This document shows, piece after piece, positions 1 to 9,965 of a stretch of 64,000 nt of DNA. Made by a program: the position numbers and the translations under genes. The DNA comes from Mayamaea pseudoterrestris. Its lineage: Eukaryota. Under the pieces are notes generated by a model, which saw nothing but the letters and a program-made list of their open reading frames with translations, was not told the DNA's origin and did no database searches. Position 1 is the first letter of the stretch; every line of letters begins with the position of its first letter. The stretch is from positions 930,001 through 994,000 of the forward strand of contig BROI01000011.1 in assembly GCA_027923505.1 (NCBI GenBank), read 5' to 3'.

Positions 1-2
1 TA

Positions 3-2276
3 TCCATGGTAGCTGCCAGCAGAGCCCCATGACGGTGCATGAGGAGGATACGGCCCTTGGAAGCCAGGACCTCGGCCTTCGTACATTGGCGCATGCGGAC
101 CGTCATAGCTCATCATACTGTCCGACCGACTAAATCCACCGTGATAATGCCCGCCTTCAAACGATTGGTTGCGACTCTCCAGTGCTTGATGAGAGTGCAT
201 GTTATGATGGTGATGCTGCGATGACGGTGCCAGGTTTGAGTGATGCATTGGCGGTGGCCCGTGGTCTTGACTTGCGCTCGCTCCAAGCATCGGATAGTCT
301 TGCGTAAACGAAAAGCTCGACATAAGTCCATTACCCGCGCTCACGGCGCCAAAGCTATCTTGCGGTGCAATCTCCCACGATGGAATTTGTCCAACCGCTG
401 GATGTCGGCCTTCGTGAGGTCCGCCACTTCCATCAACATTCATCGGAGTCATGGTCGATGCGGAAGAACCCGGTCGCGAAGATGTTTCTGGGTGACGAGG
501 CATGGGTGGAGCCGACTCGAGAGAATACGAATATGAAGGCGGCTTGCCGTAAAAGCTGTCAATCGCCGACGATGGTTCCTTTCCGTACAGAGTGCTCGTG
601 TGCGGCGACTTGATGATTATTTTTGACTCATGCTTTGGCTTGCTGGGAGATGAGGGTGGAGTACATTCAATCGAAAGTGGACTCGTCTTCTTTTCATTGT
701 CAAGACGAACCTTCTTGGACGACTGAGTCACTTCATCCGACGGCGCCTTGCGAAGCTCCGTCGCGTCAGCATCCTCCTTGGTATCCATTTCCTCCCTGAC
801 GTCGTCTCCATCGTGCGTCCGCTTTCCAGTCGTCGCTTCGGTTGCTGAATTGAATGAAAAGTGTGTCTCGCTGCGCTCGTGGTGATGATGCGACGAGGAC
901 GGAAGAAGTAATCCACTGCTTCCACTTCCGCACTTCATGAGATCAAGCGAACCGTCCGAGGCATTATTAGGACTCGTTGCAAAAGTTCTTTGCGAAGAAT
1001 CCTTCTTGAGCAATAGTTCCTTTGACTTCTTGTCATGCATGGGTGACTGCGCCGACGCAACCGACGAGAGCGAATCAAGAGACGATTGCAATTTTTGCTT
1101 CTTCAACACCATCTTTTCCACTCCTTCCGTCGGAGAATTGGTCAGACTGCTACTATTTGAATGCGCTCTTGTCAATGCGACTTCCTTGCTTGCCTCGGAA
1201 TGATCATCGTGATCATTGTCATGATGCAAGTGATGATGTTTTCGCTGCCGTCCCAATCGTCGTCGCATTTCCTCCTCGTCCACCGAAGTGACTTGATTCA
1301 GCTGACCCCATGAAGCATCACCCGACAAGGAAGCTTGATCGGCATGCATGGCTGGTCCGTAGTGCGGAGAAACATCCATGGCGTTCGGATTATGCGACTT
1401 GTGCCCCTTTTCCACGCTTCGGTCGAACGAATTGGAAACGGCGCGCGAAACGGCAGCTGCCCGCGAGTAAGGTTCCTGCTGCTGATGCTGCATCATGTGC
1501 GCATGACTTGGATATGATGGAGGACGAGCATGCGGTGGCGGCGGGCCGCCTCCAGTGTAGGATGACGGTAGTGGCGGTCCCCATGATGGTCCAGCCGTGT
1601 CGTAACCTTGAAATGGAGGTTGCTGCGGCGGGCCTCCGTACATGTGCGGAGCCGGTCCATGGTGTGACGGAGGCTGCTGTCCTCCTCGGTAGGGGAGCCG
1701 ATGCTGCTGCTGAAAATTGCCCGGAGGCGGTGGTCCTTGGTAGTGATGATCGTAGTGATGCGGCTGCGGTGGCGGCGGACCATACGCGTGGTTCGGACGA
1801 CTGTAACTGGCGTAAAATCGACCCGCTCCAGGTGATACTTGCATGGGCGCTCCTCGATGGTGATGATGCTGCTGATGCTGTTGATGATGATGCGGCGGAA
1901 AATTATGCTGTCGCTCATGAGGTTGAAAGGCGCTGTTTCCTGTCGACACGCTGGAGCGGCCTTCCAAGTTCCTCGCTAAGCTGCTGGATGGATACTCCAA
2001 TGACCTTTCGCCACTGCTGCCATTGCCATCATGCTCATCCTTGGTAGCAGCAGCGGCAGCATCATCGGAATGCTTATTTGCATGCTTGGGCGTCCGCGCT
2101 TGACTTGCCGTATCGCTCGTTCCGGCGGAACATGACTTGCCAGCGTCGTGCTTGACGCTGGTATCCACCGTGATGACATCCGGTGGCGGAGGAGCATTCA
2201 CCTTGCTGCTGTTGCTAGACAAGAGCTGCTCGTCCTTGCCCTTGTCGTCGTCGGTTGAGCCATGAGCGTCTTCCAT
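3..2276 (-). CDS. Large His/Gln/Pro/Ser-rich intrinsically disordered protein, 3' end outside the window (possible transcription regulator)
   Basis: Manual translation: ATG at 2276 (MEDAHGSTDDDKGK...) reads open for 758 codons to the window edge (...PSWGSAGSYHG). It is absent from the ORF track, presumably because there is no stop in the window. No folded domain is visible. Confidence 0.85.
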   Translation of the reverse strand, partial: MEDAHGSTDDDKGKDEQLLSSNSSKVNAPPPPDVITVDTSVKHDAGKSCSAGTSDTASQARTPKHANKHSDDAAAAATKDEHDGNGSSGERSLEYPSSSLARNLEGRSSVSTGNSAFQPHERQHNFPPHHHQQHQQHHHHRGAPMQVSPGAGRFYASYSRPNHAYGPPPPQPHHYDHHYQGPPPPGNFQQQHRLPYRGGQQPPSHHGPAPHMYGGPPQQPPFQGYDTAGPSWGPPLPSSYTGGGPPPPHARPPSYPSHAHMMQHQQQEPYSRAAAVSRAVSNSFDRSVEKGHKSHNPNAMDVSPHYGPAMHADQASLSGDASWGQLNQVTSVDEEEMRRRLGRQRKHHHLHHDNDHDDHSEASKEVALTRAHSNSSSLTNSPTEGVEKMVLKKQKLQSSLDSLSSVASAQSPMHDKKSKELLLKKDSSQRTFATSPNNASDGSLDLMKCGSGSSGLLLPSSSHHHHERSETHFSFNSATEATTGKRTHDGDDVREEMDTKEDADATELRKAPSDEVTQSSKKVRLDNEKKTSPLSIECTPPSSPSKPKHESKIIIKSPHTSTLYGKEPSSAIDSFYGKPPSYSYSLESAPPMPRHPETSSRPGSSASTMTPMNVDGSGGPHEGRHPAVGQIPSWEIAPQDSFGAVSAGNGLMSSFSFTQDYPMLGASASQDHGPPPMHHSNLAPSSQHHHHNMHSHQALESRNQSFEGGHYHGGFSRSDSMMSYDGPHAPMYEGRGPGFQGPYPPHAPSWGSAGSYHG

Positions 2277-3206
2277 TGTTGTTGATCAAAAAGTCAACGT
2301 CCAAGAGTTGAACGGATGGAGCGAACGACTATACTCGATCGATTGTTGCTCGTTGGGTTCGATATGGGGGTGTTGGCACGCGAAACTAGCGATCGCTGTT
2401 CAACGGATGGTTTGTCGCCATTCCAGCTTAATTGCGGTTAAATAAGCGGTAAATTTGGATCCTACAATCAACTACATACTGATTTGATATCGCCCGTTGT
2501 GTCGCCAATAGTTCAAAAGCTCGGATACCTAACGTGACAGGCGTGTTTGCGTCGGCAAGGCCGGCGTGCCAGACACAATGCAGTCATGCCGGGATAAGTT
2601 TCAGTTTGGTTGCGTAAGTATGTCTTTGAAGCTCAACCACATGCTAACGTTCCCTGTTAACCGGCCTATATACACGAAAGGAAATAGTGATTGATGCTAG
2701 ACGTGTGAATCAGCGCGAATGAAGGTCCATGTCCAATGAAGTGCACGAGGAATATTTGTGACGCCATCCGGACAGATTATTGGATGCAAGCAACACCGAT
2801 ACGAGTTTAGTTGGCATGTTGGATGTGGTTTGGAGGAGGAGTAAATGAGGAACCACCGATAATGGAGTGGTTGACGATTATAAACATGCTTAAAGTTGCT
2901 TTTGTGCCGTAAAGGACAATCAGCGACATCAACAGCTCACTCACAAAGGGGACATGTGCCTACGACTATTACTGTAATCACTCGCATTGCCAATCCAAAC
3001 GGAGACTTTTATGTCGATATGCTCCAAAATACCGGTTTCCTCGCTCGTCTAATGCGTCGTCTCCTCGTACTTGTGCAAGTAAGTAATGAGTTCGGATGCA
3101 AAGCGAAGCGTCAACGGTGCAGTACCGGTACGATCATAGGAGGTTCTGTTTCGTTGCCGTATCTTTGCGGTCAAAAGGCAGACGACTCCACAGCATAGAA
3201 ATTGCC

Positions 3207-4031
3207 ATGAAGGTCCCGTTAGCCAGTCATTCGATAGCAATTCTTGTCCTAGCTCGCTTCAATGTCGAGTGCTTGAAGATATCAGGCGAGGTGTCAAGAA
3301 GACGAGCATTCGTTTCAGTCGTAAACACATGCGGCACGATTGGCCTTTCGCAGCCGTCTGGTGCATCCGACACGGAATCAACAACATTGCTAGACTATCA
3401 TGATCGCGATCGATATATGAACAAGAATGTTCTCATTCGAGAAGACTATTGGTACATGACAGGAAAGACCCCGCCAAGGCTTTTAAGTGGTCCGCTCAAA
3501 GGCGACGATCCTGCGTTTAACGCGTTTGGAAGCTGTGCATCCGAGGTAAAAGGAGAGAATTCTTGCACATACGTAAGCTTGAAGCAACGAATCCCTGCAT
3601 ATACCAAGTATGGAAACTCCATTGCCTATGGTGCGAAGGAAATGTCGCAACTTGGACGAGTCTTGGAGCAGTTGGAAGCACAACCAACAAATGAAGAGCT
3701 CTGGCAAAGAGCGACGGAGTTTGTTGCTCTTCAGGACCGAATGGCTCCACCACCACTCGTCGATGCAGAACTGAAAATGATATTGCTTGCAACTGCACTC
3801 ATGATATCACCAGCATTTCCATCGCCGAGTCGGGAGCTGTTGGTCGCCCGCTTTTATGCCAACGAGGCACACTTTGCATCAAGCACACTCGTCAAAGCAA
3901 TGCGAGAGAAAAACTCACAACAAGCACGAGCGGCATGGGAGTTTGGTCGCGATAGCTGGAACTCTTACTTTCAGGTGGTCAATCGATCCATTTCGCCAAA
4001 GGTTGGCGACAAATTCGAAGCTATCGCTTGA
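3207..4031 (+). CDS. Uncharacterised protein with signal peptide and twin-arginine-like motif, probable plastid thylakoid-lumen protein
   Basis: Likely start MKVPLASHSIAILVLARFNVEC, then SRRRAFVSVV followed by an SGA-S cleavage-like site. The C-terminal region looks helical. Confidence 0.6.
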   Translation: MKVPLASHSIAILVLARFNVECLKISGEVSRRRAFVSVVNTCGTIGLSQPSGASDTESTTLLDYHDRDRYMNKNVLIREDYWYMTGKTPPRLLSGPLKGDDPAFNAFGSCASEVKGENSCTYVSLKQRIPAYTKYGNSIAYGAKEMSQLGRVLEQLEAQPTNEELWQRATEFVALQDRMAPPPLVDAELKMILLATALMISPAFPSPSRELLVARFYANEAHFASSTLVKAMREKNSQQARAAWEFGRDSWNSYFQVVNRSISPKVGDKFEAIA

Positions 4032-4343
4032 AAATGCGGAAGCATGCCACAGCCCGAAAAATCCTCTGTCCACTCATGAAGAAACATCATAGTACAACGA
4101 TACTCGGGTTATATAACTGAAAGACCAATCTATGTTGGGTTCCATTGAGTGATGTAGAACCGTCGGATTATATAATACATGCTACGGTACAGTAGGAGAA
4201 GAATGTACTTTGAGGCTACAGTACAAGTAGAAGGTCATATTTGTCTGTCGATAGCTTTGGAGATTGATCTAGCCGAAGTTTACAAGTATCCGTAACTACA
4301 GCCCAAGACGACATGGGCAGATGTGGTGTTCAAAAGTCGTCAG

Positions 4344-5176
4344 TTACTTCTTGATGAGTTGTCCGAGGATGGCACCGCCCGCAAACGCCGCGATGGCTCC
4401 AACTAGGGAAGCTCCCACAATTGTTGTTTGGAGCGCAACATTTAGAACCGAATCATCCGGGATGAAGGCGACAGCCCCATATGCACTGGCCAAGAGACCA
4501 AGGCCAAGAACGGGGAAGGCGGCTGATGGAATGCCTACAGCGCCTGCCAATAATGGCAATGCTGCAGGAGCAACATCAACAATGGTTGGCAAAAGTGGCA
4601 ATAGTTCAGGGCCAGATGCTTCAACGAGAACCTGCAGAGTGGAAAGAGTGAGAAAAATAGAAAATACATGACAAGGCGAATTAATGAAGCTGTTGATCCA
4701 TCGTGGAACGAGCAAGCTGCATCTTCTAATGACTCACCAAAATATCAGGATTGCTAGCGGCTAATTCAAGAAATGGCTCCAAGCTACTAAGCTTAATTCC
4801 CGCTTTCGAAGCCTTGCTTAGCAAACCACTGGCAGCGACCTTGCTAAGAAGTTGCTTTTGTTCCACATCCCTCAACAATTCTTTGACGGCAATGTTGTTC
4901 CCAATCGAGTCAACTTCGCCTCGCAGTGTCGCCGAAAGAACAGTACTCGACGATGGTCGACTTATTGGTGCAAAAGCGGAAGATAACGCGCAGAGCGCAG
5001 CTATGAAAGAAACACAGCAAGCAAGCAAGCAACAATGAGGGAATTTGGTTTCGAAAATGTCAAATTTTGATTTCGCGTTGTCTCGTCTTGATAATGATGA
5101 TCGCCTGTCCTGCTCTACCGGATACATTAACTCAATTCTACGTAAACTCACCTGCAAGTACAAGGCTGAACTTCAT
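4344..5176 (-). CDS. Plastid-targeted DUF1118 (RIQ-like) membrane protein, 3 exons (5176-5152, 5000-4738, 4631-4344)
   Basis: Splicing at GTGAGT...AG sites gives MKFSLVLAAALCALSSA-FAP (diatom bipartite signal), the motif LLSKVAASGLLSKASKAGIKLSSLE, and C-terminal hydrophobic helices. Confidence 0.75.
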
Positions 5177-5354
5177 GGTTGGAACGGTAATTTGGTAGTG
5201 GTTGAAGATCTGTCGGCATGGTCGTGCTGCCGGCAACGACGACGCGACGATTCGTGGTCGAGTACGTCAGTCCGCCCAATGTCGTTCCGGTACACAGCTG
5301 AACGATGCGACATTTCGAATCGGCATCATCCGTCTCACTTTTGCAGAAAGCACC

Positions 5355-6011
5355 ATGAAGACGACCAATCACCGACTCTCAGGTACAAAACAAGGCATTC
5401 GAGTGAATGTATCTTCCAATAGCAAAGATGATACTTCCTCCAATGCCGCTGCAAACCAAAAACGAAGCAAACAACGAAACGGACCACTGCAAAACATGCT
5501 CATTGCCGTGACATCGGCCTCGTCACAAGAAACTGACACATTAACATCATCAAGTACTACTACTCAACACGAGCCACACTACAAGGATATTTGCAAGTTA
5601 TGCGAATTTGCTGGTGCCAAAGTCACGTCTCAGGTTCATCGAAAGGTCAATTGCGTCGTGGCAACGGAAGCGGCAACCATTTCCGCCACCCAGCGCGTCC
5701 GCAAGGCTTGGAGCAAGGGAATACCCGTTGTATCCGTCGCATGGGCGCGAGACTGCATTTCAGCTGATAAATTAGTGTCTATGGAGGATTTTAGGTTTCA
5801 TGCGCCGGTAAAGGCAGATATTGTGAGTGGAAAAAGTGATTCTGTCGAGGCAAAACTTTACAAGGCACTAGATGAGACTGTAGCTACAAAAGAGGAGACT
5901 TCTGCGCGTGTGTTGGATTTGGGATGCTGTTGCGCTTGTCATGAACTGGGTACATTGGGTTGTCCTTGGTGTGCCGACTGTTCCGTCAACAGCAGTGCCG
6001 TCAACACCTGA
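5355..6011 (+). CDS. Single-BRCT-domain protein with C-terminal Cys cluster
   Basis: BRCT-like GAKVTSQVHRKVNCVV...KAWSKGIPVVSVAWARDCI; tail LGCCCACH...CPWCADC. Start taken at MKTTNH. Confidence 0.75.
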   Translation: MKTTNHRLSGTKQGIRVNVSSNSKDDTSSNAAANQKRSKQRNGPLQNMLIAVTSASSQETDTLTSSSTTTQHEPHYKDICKLCEFAGAKVTSQVHRKVNCVVATEAATISATQRVRKAWSKGIPVVSVAWARDCISADKLVSMEDFRFHAPVKADIVSGKSDSVEAKLYKALDETVATKEETSARVLDLGCCCACHELGTLGCPWCADCSVNSSAVNT

Positions 6012-6234
6012 TCGAATGCCCAACCATGTTGTGGCCTACGTGTATGATGCTTGACGATTCAACAGTTATGATAGAGGCTTGGTCAACCAAATAGGAACGC
6101 CGACAAGAAATTAGATCATGTTTAAATATGGCAGGAGCAAGAAGTGTGAAAGAGACATTTTAGTTCCTTGTGCAATCAAAAATACGATTATACATAATTT
6201 ACATTACAAATTAGGTGCAACTATACAGAATCTA

Positions 6235-6972
6235 TCATGACGCCCATAGTGTAAGATCCTCTCGTGTCGCCTTTTGTTCCAACACCAGTCTCCAGAATGC
6301 AATGATTGCTGGCCCAGCGCGACACGCCATTGCGCAACACTGCAGCAGCGTTCCCACCGACTCATTTACAAAGGACGTATGAGTCGCAAGAACCTTACTG
6401 TCTGGAGTCGTAACAACAACCAGCGTTCCAGCAGATTGCTCCTCCATTGCCGTCGGGTCCAAGGAAATTGTTGCATTAACATGATCGTTGCTTTCCTCAT
6501 TGTGAATCAAGCAAGTCGATGCCGTCGGAAGAAAGTGCAGCTCCACTCCAGCGTCCAGTAGAGCCGACACTGCGGCATGAAGACATGCAGCTAATATGGA
6601 ACCGTCAGCTGATAGAATTTGAATGACAATTTGTATGACTGCTCGTGGATATGACTCCAACACAATGGCTGATGACAAGGTTGTCGTCAACAAGTGTTCC
6701 CACTCGCGCTCGTATGTTGGTGCACTCGAGGAGCCATCGCTACCAGCGTTGCTGCTATTCCCCGACTTGATGACGACGGATACAACTGCCTCTTGCCGCT
6801 CCTGCTGCACCAGTCGGGGCGCCAGTGGTCCGTGCACGGAAGCTAACACGTGCGTTGCCCCAGACTTCCAGAGGGCCGAGCCGTCGGAGTTTTGTAGCGT
6901 GCCCAGCTCACAGGCCAATGGACGAAGGCTGCTCGTGGGACGTCCGTCAGTCCGAATATTGTTATTAGTCAT
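6235..6972 (-). CDS. RRP46: Exosome complex RNase PH-like subunit Rrp46/EXOSC5
   Basis: RTDGR...LRPLACELGTLQNSDGSA...VLASVHGP, YPRAVIQIVIQILSADGS, LDPT motifs. Confidence 0.85.
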   Translation of the reverse strand: MTNNNIRTDGRPTSSLRPLACELGTLQNSDGSALWKSGATHVLASVHGPLAPRLVQQERQEAVVSVVIKSGNSSNAGSDGSSSAPTYEREWEHLLTTTLSSAIVLESYPRAVIQIVIQILSADGSILAACLHAAVSALLDAGVELHFLPTASTCLIHNEESNDHVNATISLDPTAMEEQSAGTLVVVTTPDSKVLATHTSFVNESVGTLLQCCAMACRAGPAIIAFWRLVLEQKATREDLTLWAS

Positions 6973-7258
6973 GGTAATGATGGTGCTGTTAGGTGATCGT
7001 AATGCTCTGTTTTGGTTGGCAAATTCTGCTTCGTTCCATTAATTCGTGGCGGACATTCTTGTACCGGTCAGACATAATGACGTTTTGGATAGATTCGCGG
7101 CGCCCGCGACAACCACAACACACTCACATTCGAAATTGGAGTTGCGTCCGTTTTCCTCGCCGCAGATTCAAATCATTGTAAATTACAGTGCATGACACTC
7201 CAAGAACATGTCCTTGTCAATTCAATAACAAGTAAATGAACCACTTGGATAGTTTCTA

Positions 7259-8224
7259 ATGCAGAAGCTTGGCCAACGGGGTCATTGGGCGGCGCAGGCC
7301 TTACTGATCCTTTGGACCAATTATTTCATGCACTTTGCGTTTCATAAGAAAGACTGTCAAGTCAGTGCGCTCTCTTCGCCTAAAACACGTTACCGCGCGA
7401 GAGTAGCATACGATGGCGCCGGCTTCCAGGGATTCCAACTGCAAGGTGGCGAAAAACGGACCGTCCAAAGCGAACTGGAACGAGCGCTATCGCAACGCTT
7501 TAATCAGCCAGTCCGAGTGGTTGCAGCAAGTCGGACAGACGCGGGAGTTCATGCTTGTGAGCAAGCAATTCATTTTGATTTGAATCAAGACCTCGATGTG
7601 GAAGATTTAGAAAGCGTCGAGTATTCGATGCGAAAGATGCTCACGCAGGACGTAAGACTGTTTCGATTGCAACAAGCTCCAGCTTTGCAAATGAAGAGTA
7701 TCAATGGTGTCGAGCGACAGTTATCGTGGAACGTCATGTACGAATCGACCGGAAAGCTATACTCGTACCGCTTATCATTAAGAGGAGTCATGCATCCACT
7801 GGACCGGCACAATCGGTGGCATCCCGATCTTCCAACTCATCGGCTGGATCCAGAAGAACTTGGTCGCATACTGCAACTCTATGTTGGCACGCACGACTTT
7901 CGGGCGTTTGCTGGTGCTGTGGATGCGTTGGAACGAAAATTAGAGCAGTCAGTCAATACGAAACGAACAGTTTACTCGGTGGACCTTGTGCAAGAGAGCG
8001 AGACATACTATCGCATTGATATACACTTGAAAGGCGCACTTTATAAGCAGGTGCGGAACATGATTGGATCGGCGTTGGACGTTTGGCAGGGAAGGGTGAG
8101 CGAAGATCATTTATTGCATCTTCTCAGCAGCTCCACATGCACTCGCAGAGACAATCGCTCCAAGCCAGCACCGCCTGAAGGCCTCACATTGGAACGAGTA
8201 TACTTTAATGGCGACGAGTTTTGA
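7259..8224 (+). CDS. truA: tRNA pseudouridine synthase A (TruA), possibly organelle-targeted
   Basis: VAYDGAGFQGFQ, ASRTDAGVHA (catalytic Asp), GTHDFRAF, LYKQVRNMIG, APPEGLTL; N-terminal extension. Confidence 0.92.
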   Translation: MQKLGQRGHWAAQALLILWTNYFMHFAFHKKDCQVSALSSPKTRYRARVAYDGAGFQGFQLQGGEKRTVQSELERALSQRFNQPVRVVAASRTDAGVHACEQAIHFDLNQDLDVEDLESVEYSMRKMLTQDVRLFRLQQAPALQMKSINGVERQLSWNVMYESTGKLYSYRLSLRGVMHPLDRHNRWHPDLPTHRLDPEELGRILQLYVGTHDFRAFAGAVDALERKLEQSVNTKRTVYSVDLVQESETYYRIDIHLKGALYKQVRNMIGSALDVWQGRVSEDHLLHLLSSSTCTRRDNRSKPAPPEGLTLERVYFNGDEF

Positions 8225-8332
8225 AGCGACAGCGCGACGCGACACTTAATATGACCTAAGATTATAGAGTATAAACCTTCTCGTACATCAAATCGTTTGC
8301 CATAGAACGTAGCACCTCGGCATCACCCATGA

Positions 8333-9661
8333 TTAGCGATTCTTCTTCCGCTTTTTCTTCTTCTTATCTCGGCGATCGTCTCGCGTCTTGCCTTTCTCTT
8401 CCAATACATCCGCATCTCGCTTTGTAGCTAATTGCTGACCTTGTCGTTTGTTTTGCTTGCGAAGACGCATTTCTTGCGTAGGGTGTATGATAGTTGCAAG
8501 GATCGAATGCGTCGGAACCGACGGCTCAGCCACGTATGCTAACAGCGTCTTGTATGCCACTCCAAACGCTCTTTGAATCAACTGAATACGAAACGATGTT
8601 TGACCAACATCCATGGTCGTTTCCAGTGGATTTTCAATGGCGCATGAAAAGGGCCGTTGCGGCTGCCAAAAGACTTCCTTCTTACTTTGCACTCCCTTGG
8701 GAAAGTAGAAGCCATCGTGACGAACGGATATACCAGTCGTCACAAAATTGAAATCTTGTCCATAGAGCGCAAAGAATTCCAGCAGCAAGCTTCCCAAACA
8801 TTCAATGCATGGGCGTCGAAAGTTTGCCGCGTCGCGAGCCCTATGCTGCAATAAACTGACAATCATGAGCTGCAACATGTACGAGCCAATCCCTCCTGTA
8901 TACGGCTGATGTAGTTCCCGCGACGCCAAAAAGTACTTTAAGCAGATTGTCAGTGGCCGCAGCGGAGGCAAAGACTGCAGCATGGTTGTCATGAGAGAGG
9001 CGGCCAAGACGCCATTCTCTTGAGAGAAGCAAATGTCGACTGATATATTTGTCGATGCATGCGTAAACTTGACAAGAGGTACCCTTGTTTGTTCAATGAC
9101 CTCCAAATAGCTCAACTCGGAGAGCCATTCCCTACGAATCGCATCGGCCAAAATATGCAACGGTGACTGGACTGGAAGTGCATTGTCAGCGTCGTCATTT
9201 ACTTCAGCGACAGATTTCTCATCCTTTTGTTCGCTAAATGATACGACAAGATCAATATCCGATGACGGAAGAAACAGTCCAGTTGCTTGCGATCCAAAGA
9301 CATTGACACTGGCTGTTCCGTTGAAGGCGTTGACGACCAGAGTGCGAACGCGTTCAATGAGTGACTCGCGTTGCACCTTTTCTTCCGCTGTCGGCTCCAT
9401 GAGATGAACGAATTGGACAATCTCATTGTGCAGTGCCACAAGCCGGTGACAATTTTGTGGATGCGTGTAGTCCATCCATGGCGGTAGGGTCGTCATATTT
9501 GTTGCGCTAGTAGGAAAATCATCAGGTCCTCCTGTTGAGGGTTCCGAGGAGTCGTCATGGTCGATTGCGCTATCAACCTTGAAGGAAAGGAAATCATCAT
9601 TCTTCCAATTTTCCTCGTCTAGATGACTGTTATCGCGGTCTTCTGAGTCTTCATCAGACAT
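8333..9661 (-). CDS. TRF4: Non-canonical poly(A) polymerase Trf4/5 (PAPD5/7, TENT4)
   Basis: LHNEIVQF, VFGSQATGLFLPSSDIDLV (nucleotidyltransferase GS...DxD), YTGGIGSY, PAP-associated IENP; Lys-rich NLS-like tail. Start at MSDEDSED. Confidence 0.9.
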   Translation of the reverse strand: MSDEDSEDRDNSHLDEENWKNDDFLSFKVDSAIDHDDSSEPSTGGPDDFPTSATNMTTLPPWMDYTHPQNCHRLVALHNEIVQFVHLMEPTAEEKVQRESLIERVRTLVVNAFNGTASVNVFGSQATGLFLPSSDIDLVVSFSEQKDEKSVAEVNDDADNALPVQSPLHILADAIRREWLSELSYLEVIEQTRVPLVKFTHASTNISVDICFSQENGVLAASLMTTMLQSLPPLRPLTICLKYFLASRELHQPYTGGIGSYMLQLMIVSLLQHRARDAANFRRPCIECLGSLLLEFFALYGQDFNFVTTGISVRHDGFYFPKGVQSKKEVFWQPQRPFSCAIENPLETTMDVGQTSFRIQLIQRAFGVAYKTLLAYVAEPSVPTHSILATIIHPTQEMRLRKQNKRQGQQLATKRDADVLEEKGKTRDDRRDKKKKKRKKNR

Positions 9662-9965
9662 GGTACAACGGCTGAATCTTTTGTTATAGAAGGTCAATCA
9701 AGGAATCAGAAAAGCAGCAAGCGAAACTTCCATGGTCGGCAAGTTGCGCGAGTGATTGAGTACCACTATGACTGATAAAACGCTACGACACGCATGACTG
9801 TGAGCATCACACGGCTTCGCGCAGCACGACGAGACCATGAAGAACACCCATCAACCTTCGCAGTTATCGGGTAAATAGACGCATGTACCAGCGTTCGATA
9901 AGCTAAAGAGGTCTAATCTCGACTTGCGTCGTTAGATTGGAAGATTTTTGTACGAATCTAGCATC

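Noticed and set aside
39..2197. Multiple ORF-track ORFs, including 1310-2047 (+, 245 aa)
   Set aside because: Antisense or off-frame shadows of the long minus-strand gene 3-2276.
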